This document shows positions 1-11,800 of a DNA stretch of 64,000 nt, one piece after another. Source of the DNA: a virus; IMG/VR virus record IMGVR_UViG_3300021085_000009, positions 72,815-136,814 of that record, one strand, 5' to 3'. The notes below the pieces were generated by a model. It searched no databases and was not told where the DNA came from. It was given only the letters and a program-made list of their open reading frames with translations. The translations under genes were made by a program, and so were the position numbers. Within the stretch, counting starts at the first letter, position 1. Every line of letters starts with the position of its first letter.

Positions 1-3000
1 GATGCTGTATATACGTTAGAAGCAGATGTAATACCAGCGGTATTAAGATACATTCTTTGAGCACCGCCAGCAGAAAATCTTAACGTATCTGCCTGGCTAT
101 CAATATACATTCCAGTATTTTGATCACTATCAAAAGTATAAGTTGGAGCAGCAGGAGTACCATTACTTGCTTTTATAGTATCCGAATATACACTTAACCA
201 CTTCTTACCAGAAGAACCTAAATTATAATAACTATCTGTAGAAGATTGAAAAGACCTTTGAATTTCAATATGGTCTAGTGTATTATTATATGCTATCTGA
301 GCCCAAGCATTTCCTGCCGAGTTATAAAGTTTTAATGCGCTACCGTTATCAATTCTAATATCACCAGCAACATGTAGTTTATGAGTAGGAGCAGTCGTTC
401 CGATTCCAACCTTACCGCCCCAAAGAGATATAGTCTCTAATGAGCCGGCGCTCATAAGCGCCATACGAGGACTGCCAGTGCCGTCTACTCTAAGTTTTAT
501 ACCTGCATAGTCCCAACCTGCGTTATTTGAAGCACCAAGTTTTAATCCCCAATTATCTTGGTTAGCTGCATAAGTGATAGGAGTAGAATATATTCCTCCA
601 GCATGAATATGGAGTTTTTCAGTTGGCGAAGTTGTGCCAATTCCAACCTTGCCATCGCCTTTTATCATCATGTCTGTGCGATTGTCTGTTACGTTATGAA
701 ATCCTAAACCAACTGCACTTTGTAGTCCTATTCTAAATGTATCATGGTTGGTTCTTTCTAATCTTATTTGGTCTGCACTTGTGCCAGATATATGAAGCGC
801 TGCTGATGGATTATTTGTACCAATTCCAAGATTTCCAGCTTCTGTAAGACGCATTAGTTCTGTACCAGAACTACTATTTCCGTTTATATTCCATTCAAAA
901 GATCGGTTTGTATCATCGTTATCACTATCAATATTAAATGTCATATTCTCAAAAGCATTGATATGACCACTGCTTGAATCAGCAGTACCTAGGTATATTT
1001 CTCCGCCTAAAACACTAACAGTTCCAGAAGCAATAGTATTACCACTTGAATTTACATTTAATTTAGTAACACCACCAACTCTGAATTCATGACCAGATAC
1101 TGTTCCACCTAAAGAGCTTCTACCATAAGCTACAGCGGAACCGTTCCAATACATTAACTGAGTATCTCCGCCCGTTGCACCACCACCAACAATAGCAGCA
1201 CCAGAATTAATTTTAACCCCGGATCCTGCTGCACCACTTACATGAATACTTTTATTAATGTCCCATTCATCAGTTGTGCTTGCATATGTGATTCTGGCAT
1301 CTGTGTCAGATCCACAATCAACTGTAATCCCTGCACTATTTGCTGCTGCTTTGTTTGCAGATCCACTTGCAAGAGTAATATTCTTATCGTCTACCGTTAA
1401 TGTAGTAGAATTAATCGTTGTGGTAGTACCATCTATTTGTAGATTACCTGCTATAACGACAGTTCCTGTATCATCCCCATGAGCTGCAGGGTCAATCGTA
1501 AATGTGGAAGGACCTCTTAGGTATCCAGTTGTTGTGATATTGGCCGCACTAATATTTCTACTTGCATCGACAAAAGCAGATCCGCCTACTTCTATTGCTC
1601 CTCCTGCCGCTACTCTAAAGTAGTGGCCAGAACTATTCTCTGCTCTAATAGCATATCCTGAATCTTGTCTAATATCGAGTTTTGCACCAGCAGTAGTATT
1701 TCCAATTGCTACGTTACCGTCTCCAGTAACTCGCATACGCTCAGAAGGTTCAGCAGAAGGGCCTGAAGTAGCAATAATTAAATCATGGTCATTTGCTGTA
1801 CTTTGAATCTCTGCCGCAAGGTAAGCACCTCGTACGGTATTTTGAATACCCCCTAAGAAAATACTACTTGCTTCTCCAGTGGAGCCAGAGTCATTTCCTC
1901 GTACAACTAGACCGTAAGCTTTATTTGCTGTTGCTTGAACTGAATACTCTATGTACTGGCGACCAAAAGTGTGTAGAGCAGGATTCGTTGATCTGTTTAT
2001 TCGTACTAGCTCAGTGTCTGTACTTCCAATAAGCCCTCTAAACTCTAGTCTATCATTCTGCCCATTGTAATTAATTTTAAAGTTACTTGTACCAGAGACT
2101 TCGGAAAATATAATTGTGCCATTCGGATTTGTGTTTGCTCCAGAATTATCAAGCAGAGTAATTGTTGGATCTGTTTTTGAAATAAGTAAATCACCGGATG
2201 TGGTAATAGCACCACTAGAGATAGTTCCAACTGAAATATTATCACCCGATTGGTAATATGTGGAATCTAAAATACCAGTAAAATTACCTGCAGTAACAAT
2301 TTTACTTCCTCCGGTTAGGTTTGCGGAAGTGGCCCAGTATGGTTCGTCATCTGTACCTTTACCAAAATACCTTGAGTTACCTGCACTAAATTGTATACCA
2401 ACTTGATTACTAGTAGGACTAGCTCTTTCTAATGTAAGAGGTGTTGCATTATTATTAGATGTTAAAACTGATAGACCATCAATATCTAATGAATCAGCTT
2501 GTACTTCTCCTGTTATGTCTATACCTAAGCTGGTTGTTGCTAGTTTTTGGTTTGCATTGTGATATAGATTTACACTACCACCATCATAAGCTACCAAATA
2601 ATTAGCACCCACTGAATTACTTACAACCAGTGACGTACCTTGTAAATACAAATTACCTGTGCCATTTTCTTTTATGTAACTATTACTGCCATCATGGTAG
2701 ATTTGTAAATCTGAAGAGTTACCAAATACTGCTTTGTCACCATCGCCGAAGTTTAAGTTAGCAGATGTAGTACCACCATCAAAAGTAATTGTTCCTGTAA
2801 CATCTATACCTGTTGAGGTTGTTTCTAGCTTTTTAGAATTATCATAGAATAATTTAACTGCACCATTTTGTGTTGCAGTAAGCATATCTTCATTTAATGC
2901 CACATTTCTTATAGCAAGTACATCTGAACCTATTAATAATTTACCAGTACCTGCATCTTTAATTACGCTATTGCTACCATTATGATAGATTTGTAAGTCT

Positions 3001-3491
3001 TGAGAATCACCAAACTGTAATTTTTGATTATCATTAAAGTTTAAATTGTTTACAATAGAGACATCTGATTTATAAGCATGAATTTGAATTAAGTCGCCAG
3101 CATCTGCAGCAGTAGTTAATACTACCGATGTTCCATTAGTGCCAGTGTAATCTTGAGAAGAACCTTCATCAAGAAGAATACCATTCATAAAGACTTGAAC
3201 GGAAGGAGGAGTGCCTGTGTTATAGGCTAGAGTATTTGAATTATTGTCAGTACCAGAAAACGTTGTTTGGTTAGCAGTTGCTGTATATTCATACGCAATA
3301 AAGCTGGATGCTATTCCTGAGGCACTACCTCCAACCTCTACAATAGTATCAGTACCGCCTACGCTCTTCTTCATGTAGACTTTACCGTCTGCAGTATTAA
3401 GTGCGAGTTCCCCTAGGTTTAAATTAGATGTGCTGGGTATAGACCCACTGACGGCTGAGCGTCGTAAACGAATGTCTGATAATCTGGCCAA
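1..3491 (-). CDS. Long tail fibre protein, truncated by the window edge (absent from ORF track)
   Basis: TTG start at 3491 with AGGAG upstream. Translates MARLSDIRLRRSAVSGSIPSTSNLNLGELALNTADGKVY..., with repeated FGDSxDLQIYHxGSNS and GxVGIGTTxP fibre motifs. Same frame is open at base 1. Confidence 0.85.
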   Translation of the reverse strand, partial: MARLSDIRLRRSAVSGSIPSTSNLNLGELALNTADGKVYMKKSVGGTDTIVEVGGSASGIASSFIAYEYTATANQTTFSGTDNNSNTLAYNTGTPPSVQVFMNGILLDEGSSQDYTGTNGTSVVLTTAADAGDLIQIHAYKSDVSIVNNLNFNDNQKLQFGDSQDLQIYHNGSNSVIKDAGTGKLLIGSDVLAIRNVALNEDMLTATQNGAVKLFYDNSKKLETTSTGIDVTGTITFDGGTTSANLNFGDGDKAVFGNSSDLQIYHDGSNSYIKENGTGNLYLQGTSLVVSNSVGANYLVAYDGGSVNLYHNANQKLATTSLGIDITGEVQADSLDIDGLSVLTSNNNATPLTLERASPTSNQVGIQFSAGNSRYFGKGTDDEPYWATSANLTGGSKIVTAGNFTGILDSTYYQSGDNISVGTISSGAITTSGDLLISKTDPTITLLDNSGANTNPNGTIIFSEVSGTSNFKINYNGQNDRLEFRGLIGSTDTELVRINRSTNPALHTFGRQYIEYSVQATANKAYGLVVRGNDSGSTGEASSIFLGGIQNTVRGAYLAAEIQSTANDHDLIIATSGPSAEPSERMRVTGDGNVAIGNTTAGAKLDIRQDSGYAIRAENSSGHYFRVAAGGAIEVGGSAFVDASRNISAANITTTGYLRGPSTFTIDPAAHGDDTGTVVIAGNLQIDGTTTTINSTTLTVDDKNITLASGSANKAAANSAGITVDCGSDTDARITYASTTDEWDINKSIHVSGAAGSGVKINSGAAIVGGGATGGDTQLMYWNGSAVAYGRSSLGGTVSGHEFRVGGVTKLNVNSSGNTIASGTVSVLGGEIYLGTADSSSGHINAFENMTFNIDSDNDDTNRSFEWNINGNSSSGTELMRLTEAGNLGIGTNNPSAALHISGTSADQIRLERTNHDTFRIGLQSAVGLGFHNVTDNRTDMMIKGDGKVGIGTTSPTEKLHIHAGGIYSTPITYAANQDNWGLKLGASNNAGWDYAGIKLRVDGTGSPRMALMSAGSLETISLWGGKVGIGTTAPTHKLHVAGDIRIDNGSALKLYNSAGNAWAQIAYNNTLDHIEIQRSFQSSTDSYYNLGSSGKKWLSVYSDTIKASNGTPAAPTYTFDSDQNTGMYIDSQADTLRFSAGGAQRMYLNTAGITSASNVYTA

Positions 3492-3572
3492 TGTTGGCTC
3501 CTATGTTTCAACTCTTATATAAGAGATATTAATTAAAAATAAAATTTCTGCTAATATATATTAGCGTATATC

Positions 3573-3580
3573 TATTTATA
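3573..3580 (-). promoter_or_regulatory. T4-type late promoter TATAAATA
   Basis: Exact gp55 consensus in the intergenic region upstream of the fibre gene. Confidence 0.75.
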
Positions 3581-3606
3581 ATGTTTAGGAAGCCAATTGC
3601 TATGTT

Positions 3607-5220
3607 TTAGTAAGTTCCGCCATCTATTACATCAGAAGCGAATGGAACACCTGAACCATTAAACTGAATCAGATCTCCTTGAGTACCAGTTACTTGCGAT
3701 AAAGCAGTACCTGCACCGTTTGATATAAATACACCGTTACCTGTAAAGCTTGATACTCCAGTACCACCGTGAACAACTGCAAGGTCATTACCAAGTGTTA
3801 CAGTTCCTGATACATCTAGGTTACCATTAAGATCAAGGTCTGCATTTACTTCAACTTCATTAGTAGCTGAATCAAGTACTAACTTACCAGCCGTTGTGGT
3901 AATAGTTTGGTCATCAGCAATACCAACTGTGATATTACCAAGATCAGCACCTGTACCATAAATGTTTCCAAATTCAGCATCACTCCATGGTGCGGAAGCG
4001 TCTTCTCCACCACTTAAATCTTCGTCTTTAGTAAATACAAATCTTTCTGTTTGTATATCAAATCCAAAGAATCCAGTAGCAACTGCAGAACCAGTTCCCC
4101 ATTTAAATCTTACACCACGATCAAGACCATCTGATGTATTTGAAGAAGTGTTATCTGCTAATGCGATTACTGGGTCGTCTAATGTTACAGTTGTTGATTC
4201 AACTGTGGTTGTTGTACCTTGTACTGTAAGGTTACCCGAAATAACTACGTTATCTGTAAGACCATTACCAAGATTAATAGAAGAGCCATTGACATTTAAG
4301 TTGCCATCAATAACTGTATTACCAGTAGCACCTGCGACTGTTAATTTGTTTGAACCTACTACTAAATCTGTTGTTACTGTTAAATCGTTTCCTACAGTAA
4401 CATCATTAGGTAATCCAACTACGACTTTTACATCTGTACCTACTTTAGTTACAGCAGTTTCAATTTCATTAGTTGTTCCAAGTATCTGTAAATCATCTGT
4501 TAGAATATCTACATCTTGTGCACCAGTATCACCGTCAACTGTTAATGCTGTTGCAACAGCAACTTGGTTAGCAGCTATTAAACGACCTTGTTGGTCAACT
4601 GTAAAGGTTGGAATTTGTGTAGCTGAACCATAAGACCCTGGAGTTACTGCAGTATCATCTAGGTCAATTTCAATTGTATTACCTGAACCGGTTGTTGTAA
4701 TACCAGTATCACCTGAAATAGTAAGTGTTTCTGAATCAAGGTCAATAGATAATGCACCACCATTATCACCTTGGAAGTCTAAGTCTTGTGCTGTAACAAC
4801 ACTATCAATATATGTCTTAGCGGCTAGTGCTGTAACTAACTGAGAGTTAGTAGCACCTGCTAAAGTTGTTGATGTTGATATGCTTGTTACTACTTGACCT
4901 GAACCTCCAGTTGCTTCAAGAGCAAGAGATCCAATATTTAATTCTGTTACATGTTTATTAACATCTACGATTAACGCTTTATTGGCTGTTGTAGCACCAT
5001 GTACATGATCGAGTAATCCTACAAAATACTTACCGCCAATTAAATCGACACTAGAAGCAACCCCACCAGATTCTGTTCCAGTACCAATATATAATCTATC
5101 ACCATTGTTTGCTTGTGTACCAGCTACATATGAGTATGCTAATTCACCTGTTTTAATATTACTAGGGGCATTGGTGGTTGCACCCGTAGTTAAGATTTTT
5201 ATTCTTGTTAAATTAGCCAC
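3607..5220 (-). CDS. Tail fibre-like virion protein (537 aa)
   Basis: N-terminal TGELAYS motif, G/T/D-rich beta repeats, VTPGSYGSATQIPTFTVDQQGR and GNLTVQGTTTTV fibre motifs, ends IDGGTY. Confidence 0.75.
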   Translation of the reverse strand: MANLTRIKILTTGATTNAPSNIKTGELAYSYVAGTQANNGDRLYIGTGTESGGVASSVDLIGGKYFVGLLDHVHGATTANKALIVDVNKHVTELNIGSLALEATGGSGQVVTSISTSTTLAGATNSQLVTALAAKTYIDSVVTAQDLDFQGDNGGALSIDLDSETLTISGDTGITTTGSGNTIEIDLDDTAVTPGSYGSATQIPTFTVDQQGRLIAANQVAVATALTVDGDTGAQDVDILTDDLQILGTTNEIETAVTKVGTDVKVVVGLPNDVTVGNDLTVTTDLVVGSNKLTVAGATGNTVIDGNLNVNGSSINLGNGLTDNVVISGNLTVQGTTTTVESTTVTLDDPVIALADNTSSNTSDGLDRGVRFKWGTGSAVATGFFGFDIQTERFVFTKDEDLSGGEDASAPWSDAEFGNIYGTGADLGNITVGIADDQTITTTAGKLVLDSATNEVEVNADLDLNGNLDVSGTVTLGNDLAVVHGGTGVSSFTGNGVFISNGAGTALSQVTGTQGDLIQFNGSGVPFASDVIDGGTY

Positions 5221-5468
5221 TAGTATGTGCCTCCAATTATATTGAGATTTTGATTCTCTAAACTTGTTATGACTTCGTATTTACCCGAAGATCCATTTCT
5301 TTGTAGCATTCCGCCATCAGGATTTCCATTAACAGTTACGTCTGTTAGATCTCCTAGCGTTAATTCGAAATTACCAACCGTTACAGACTTAGCTTGTATT
5401 TCTTGTTGAGCTTTAGATTTACCTTTAACTCTTCCGCCTGTCTGAATTTTTGCTTTCATGTTAGCCAT
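5220..5468 (-). CDS. Small virion/fibre-associated protein
   Basis: Coupled to next gene; LGDLTDV motif; ends IIGGTY like its neighbour. Confidence 0.6.
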   Translation of the reverse strand: MANMKAKIQTGGRVKGKSKAQQEIQAKSVTVGNFELTLGDLTDVTVNGNPDGGMLQRNGSSGKYEVITSLENQNLNIIGGTY

Positions 5469-5480
5469 TTATTCTTTACC

Positions 5481-5813
5481 TTATCTTGTTACACCTGGTG
5501 AAACTTCTACTTGTCCTTCTAAAACTCTTGTAACGACTCCTGTAGATGATGTAATTTCGACATCATATACATATCGTCCAGCCTTCATAGCATTAGTAGT
5601 AGAAGCATCTAGAAGTAACTTAATAGTTCCAGCACTTGTATTAAATACCGTTGCAACAAAGGCTACAGCTGTAGAGGAACTAAAGTTTTTTCTAATCTGT
5701 CCTGCTACAGTGTAATTCGTTAAATTTAATATAGCATCTTCCGCATCAGTAATATCTACTTTTATATCAAAGGTACTACCTTGGTCAATATTTAAATTTG
5801 AGTATATAGCCAT
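5481..5813 (-). CDS. Conserved T4-like virion protein (Ig-like/BppU-like, 110 aa)
   Basis: NLNIDQGSTF...GRYVYDVEI...RVLEGQVEVSPGVTR pattern typical of marine T4-like phages; late promoter upstream. Confidence 0.7.
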   Translation of the reverse strand: MAIYSNLNIDQGSTFDIKVDITDAEDAILNLTNYTVAGQIRKNFSSSTAVAFVATVFNTSAGTIKLLLDASTTNAMKAGRYVYDVEITSSTGVVTRVLEGQVEVSPGVTR

Positions 5814-5823
5814 TAACTTTTAC

Positions 5824-8800
5824 CTATCTATTTATACTTTTAAGATTTTCAATCTCATCTCTAAGATATTTATTTTCTTCTTTTAATTCTTTTATTGCTT
5901 CAATAAAGAATGCAGATAGTTGGTTATAATCTACAACTTTATGTGTCTCATCAGTACCAAGTGTTTCTACTTCTTTAACAGCACTTGGGATTACCTTTTC
6001 CATGTTTTGAGCAATTACACCAGCTGAAGCTTTACCATCTTTCTTCCAATTAAATGTTACACCATCTAATTGTGAAACTAATTCTAAGGCACCTTCAACT
6101 TTTTGGATGTTATCTTTTAGTTTAGCATCTGATGCAGTAGTATTTGAGACTGCAACAATATCGTCGGAAGCATGAAATGTTCCATCATTGCCAAACCTGA
6201 ATTCTTCTCGCATACTGCCACTTACTTCAGCATTAATACTAATCCTAGAATTGCCCGTCCCGCCGGTGCCAACAATTTCAATAGCTGGGCCCATACTGTG
6301 ATCCCAATGGAAACCGCCGCCACCACTTCCCATTGAAAGTTTGGATAATCCCTGAGGATACATGTAGTAACTAGTAGTACCGATATATGATACATCACCT
6401 CTTAGATCGCTCTCTACACTAAATACTGTACCATTAAGATCTAATCCGCCACCTGCAGAATATGTTGTATTACTGTCTACTAAAGTAATTGTTGTATTAC
6501 CTGATTGATCAACTGTAAATGCTTGATTAGATATTCCAGGTTGGACTATAGTAATTGTACCATTATTTGCCGCACTTGGTATACTAGGTTTACTCGTTAA
6601 ATCACTGTAATCATAACCAGTACACCTTGATAAATCCCCTTGGAAGTTAAAGTTAACATCACCTAAGATATTTGTGCTTGGATCATACATCATACCAGGA
6701 TCGTATTTTAATGATTTGTTTCCTGATGAGTTAACGCTTACAAACGTAGGGTAATGTACTCCAGCTGTTCCTGCAGTTTGCGTGGTATATATGTTTGAGC
6801 TATTAGTTGCACTTGTTGCTGTAGATGCATGTGTTGCGGTATCGGCATTTCCTTCTAGATCACCATCAAATTTTGTTGCTGTAATTTCAGCAAAACCATG
6901 AAGATGAGCTGTATGTGGATTATAATTAAAGTGAGAATTGTCAGTATCAATATAAGGCCTTTGATATGATGAACCATTGAGTGTACCAAAGTATACTTGA
7001 TAATTAGCATTAGTATTTGTTTCATCAACATTAATGTTATGAGCATTTGTTGCTGTCGTTGCTGTCGTTGCTGTTGTAGCATTACCACTTAAAGCACCAC
7101 TAAATGTTGTAGCATATAGAGTATTTGTATCCATCCTTGCAGTTATTCCTGAAGTTGAATAAACATTACCCTGGGTATTAATACCATTATGAGAACCTAA
7201 AATTCTCATAACAGTGGTACTATTATATTGGTTTACATACACCTTATCAGAATTAGTAGCATTAGTAGCATTAGTAGCACTTCCAGCTGTTGTAGCTGTT
7301 GTAGCACTTCCAGCTGTTGTAGCAGATGTGGCTGTTGTAGCATTACCTGATAAAGCACCAATAAATGTAGTCGCAGATATTGTATTATCATTCGGCTGAA
7401 ATGTTATTCCAGCAGTAGAATATAGAGTATCACCACTATGCCAAACTGCGCGGTAATTGCTGTTTGCATTTGAATCATTAACATCTACTGTATCAGCCCA
7501 AGTAGCTGTATCAGCATTTCCTTCTAGAGCACCATCAAATTTTGTTGCTGAAATTTCAGCAAAACCATGAAGATGATTTGTGCTTGGATTATAGTTAAAG
7601 TGGCCATTATCAGTATCGATATATTGTCTATTATATCCAGCATTGTTGTTAGCACTAAATGTTACTTGGTAGTTAGTATTACCATTTGCTTCGTCAATAT
7701 TAATGTTATCAGCATTTGTTGCATGACCAACACTTGTAATATCTTTACTAACAAGATCAGTAATATGTCCAAATCCATCAAGAGTAATATCTTGGATAAC
7801 ATTGTTACCGCTATTATTAACACTGGCTTGACTTGAAGTATCTGCGTGAGATACGCTAAAAGTACTAGCGCCCGATTGATTAGCTGACCAGTTAGTATCA
7901 CCACCAAGAGATATACCACTGCCAGATGCTGTTGTAACTGTGGTAGTTCCGTCACCTATTACAACAGCAGCACTAGTTGCACCAGTTACGTGACCGTATG
8001 TATCAAAGGTTAAATCTTGTATAAATGTATTACCAGAATTATTAATATCAGCTTGACTTGATGTATCAGCATGATTAATAGAAATATGATCTGATGATGC
8101 ACTAACCGATAATGTAATACCAGAGTTTCCAGCATCAAGATAAAGAGTATCATTGTTATTATCTGCTACTACTGTTCCTAGTACGCTATCTGCTAAATTC
8201 CTAACTACGATATTCTTAAAGATATTCTGTGATGAACCTTTATCTGTATTTGTAACAGCAAAGGTAAGATCGAATGGATCTGCATCTGAACCAGGAGAAG
8301 TGTCTGTCCAATTAATATCAATGGATGCACCTGAACCAGCACCTTCAACGAATTTCCATTCTTTACCTTGAGTAATAGATAGTTCAGTACCATCTCCGTC
8401 TTCTACTTGGAATGATTGAATATATCTAGTATCGAAGTTTCCAGTTTGAATATTTGTTAAATGACCTCTGTCATCAACAACAAGTCCTGAAACATATATA
8501 CCATTCTGTGTTGAAAGGTTACCGTATGCTCCGTTTAATGTGGAAGTATCAGAGTGATTAATTGTAATCGTATCGCCAGATCTTGCTGACTCTAGCATCG
8601 TGCCGCCATGAATAGTTAGTGTATCATTATTACTATTTGCTACAGCTGTACCGCTATCAGTTGCAATATTTTTCCAGATATACTGTGATGAACCTCTATC
8701 GGTATTATTATATGTTACAGCAAATCCTGATACGCTTTCGCTTAATCCAGCTCCTGCACTAAATGTTAAATTATCACCAGGACCAAAAGAAACACCCTCA

Positions 8801-11800
8801 ATATTAGGAGTATCTAGTGTAGCAGTAGAAAGAATTAATGATCCATCTGCTTCCCATCTATCAGTTGCAAAGTTATATACAATTGAGTGAGCACCTGTTA
8901 CTCCACCAGCCGCGTTACTATGAACACCAGCGAATGGTTTTGTTTCGAGTCCAAATCCGCCAGTTGTTGGTTCAGTTGAACCTAAATTGTTACCTGCTAA
9001 AATTAAAGTATCTTCTACTTCTAGTGTTGAAACATTTAATTTAGTTTCAGTTCCATTAACATATAGATCACCTGTAACTGTTAAATCATTTGCGATTGTT
9101 ACATCATTCGGTAATCCAACAGTAACAGCTCTTCCTTCTGTTCCTGAACCAGTTACCTCAACTTCATTTGCAGTTCCTGCTATTGTTGCAACATAATTAC
9201 CAGATGTTTTAGTTCCTAGTGTTACAGCATTGGTCGCAATCTTTCCAGTAGTAACTGCAAGGTTTGCAATCATTCCAGTCGCAACACCAAGTGCTTTAAC
9301 CTTTAAACCGTCCGAACTAATTTCAAGTGAAGTACCATTGAGGTTAACATCAAGATCCCAATAACCAGATAGGTCTGGTGATGTACCAGTTTGTACCCAA
9401 GTAGTAGTAAGTCCATTACTAGCACTACTGCTAATTAAATGCCTAGCATTATAGAAGTTAACAAGAGGTGATGTTACTGTAGTACCATCGTTCTTCATTC
9501 CAACCACTGTCCATGCTCTTGATGGATCAGCTGATACTTTTGTTTCGTCCCATTGCAGTTTAACATCGTGATCGTTACTACCAGAAATATGATCTCTATC
9601 TACTTGTAATCCCATTTGAGTACTAATGTTAGCATCTAATTTTAAGAATGCTGATCCGAAGTTTGCAACTCCACCTGCTGATGAGAATAACACAGTAGCA
9701 TCTGAGAAATCAACCTGTGTTCCATTTCTATATTTTATTAGATCAGATCCACCATCTTCTCCGATGTTCATATTACCAGTAAAATCTATTGTAGTAGCAT
9801 CGACTGATAAATTGTTATTAACTGTCATTGCATTACTGAAAGTTTTAGCTCCAGCAATTGTCTGTGCACCTGAAGTTCTAACAACTGTGCTATCAACTGA
9901 TATTGATCTATTCGCTGTTAGGTTTCCAATAGTAGTAGTAATACCGCTACCGCCAGATAAAGTAATTGCTCTAAGAGTATTAAGTTCTCCATCGTTAGAA
10001 ACAATAGCACCACTTAGGTTATCTAATACTCCGAATATTGTAGCAGATTTATGTGCGTGAGTTCCGCCACTGTGTGTAATACCATTTGTCGTATTAACTG
10101 GTCCAAGGTCTGCTACGATAGCTTGGATTGCGTTTGTAATATTTGTCTGTCCGTTTGTTGAGTGATCGGCAAGTGAACTAAATGCGTTACCACCAACTCC
10201 AACTTCGTCATGTAACTCGTTAAGTGCTAACTTAATATTATTAGTATTTGTAAATTTACCATTAAGGTTTCCAATATCTAATACACCACCAATAGTAGTA
10301 TTACCATCAACCTGTAGCGTAGAAGCCATATCTACTGCGCCATCAATGTCAACAACATCTAGGTTAGAAACACCATCAACATCTAAGACTCCATGAATAG
10401 TCGCATTAGTAGAAACATCTACTGAGCCGTTTAAATCTAAGTTGCCATCAATGGTTGTACCATTTAATGTTGTAGTACTATCTACGTTAAATGTTCCAGC
10501 AACTTGTGTGTTACCATTTGATTCGTCTACCTTGAAAGTAGCATTACTATATTGAGTACCACCAACTCTAAAGTTACCGTCGACACCAACTGTTCCGTCT
10601 ACTTCTAAATTTCTATCAATTTGTGTATCACCGGTTGCAGCATCAACATTGAATTTATTAGCACCTACTCTTAGGCTACCATCTATTCCTGCTGTACCAT
10701 CAACTTCTAAATTATTTTCTACTGTTACATTATTAGCAAATGTTGCATTAGCACCACTACCTGTAAGCATTGTAGTAGTACCAGATTTAATAACTAGATT
10801 AGTACCAGAACTAGTTAAAGCACCATATTGACTAGCACCAGGACCATCATTTAATTTTATATCACCACCATCAGCATCTAATACAATATCACCTGATGAG
10901 TTAATTGTAAATGCACCTGAATTAATTGTAAATGCATTTGAACCTGCACTAATCTCATGTGTTGATGCGTCGAATACTGATTCAATTTCATTAACTGCAC
11001 CAATTAATCCGTGAGTAGTCTGTGCAGTTGTTAATGTATAGTTACCTAAACTACCTCTTACTGCAGTTTCTATTTCGTTAATAGATCCAACCAATGTAGA
11101 TTTTACTGTTGTTCCTAATCCAGTAATATCACCAATGTCGCCTTGAATTTCTTGAATACCGGTAACAGCTGTTGTTGAAGAATACCCTGCAGCATTATTA
11201 ATATCATTGTGATCACCAAGTTCAGCTCTTAATTCTTCAATAGCATCTTGGAATCCACCAGAAGATAATCCAGTAAATGATACATTAGTAGTACCATATA
11301 AATCTGTTTCGTGTTCGTTAATTGATAATACTAAATCATTAGCAGATGTAGCTAAGTTTTCAGTAACACCAACATCATCTTGAAGTTCGTTAATAGCAGC
11401 AATAACGTCCATACTAAATATTTTAATATCGTCATTGGCTGCAGCTGGTGTATTTAATTCAATACCATTTCCGTATGTTGTATCATAGTTAACAACAGCA
11501 CCATGCTTATTACCAGCAATTACTGATGATTGTCCAAGAACTCTTATATCATCACTATCAACAAATGAACCACTACTTACTTTAAGTAGCATTTCGGTTG
11601 CAGTAGTTCTTAAAATAGTACCATACCAAGCAGAAGTTGATTCTACACTTGCCTGTGTAGATAATTGGCTGCTGTGAATATAAACAGTACGGCCTTCAAC
11701 AAATTCTGTTACAGTAGGATTTCCAGTTAAAGGAATCCTAGCTCTTAAATTAATACCGTGGAATCCATTTACTGCAGTTGTGCTTTGTGTAAGTTCAGTT

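Noticed and set aside
6835-7720. Diversity-generating retroelement template/variable repeat pair
   Set aside because: Both copies are in-frame in the same gene, differences are not confined to adenines, and no reverse transcriptase is in the window.
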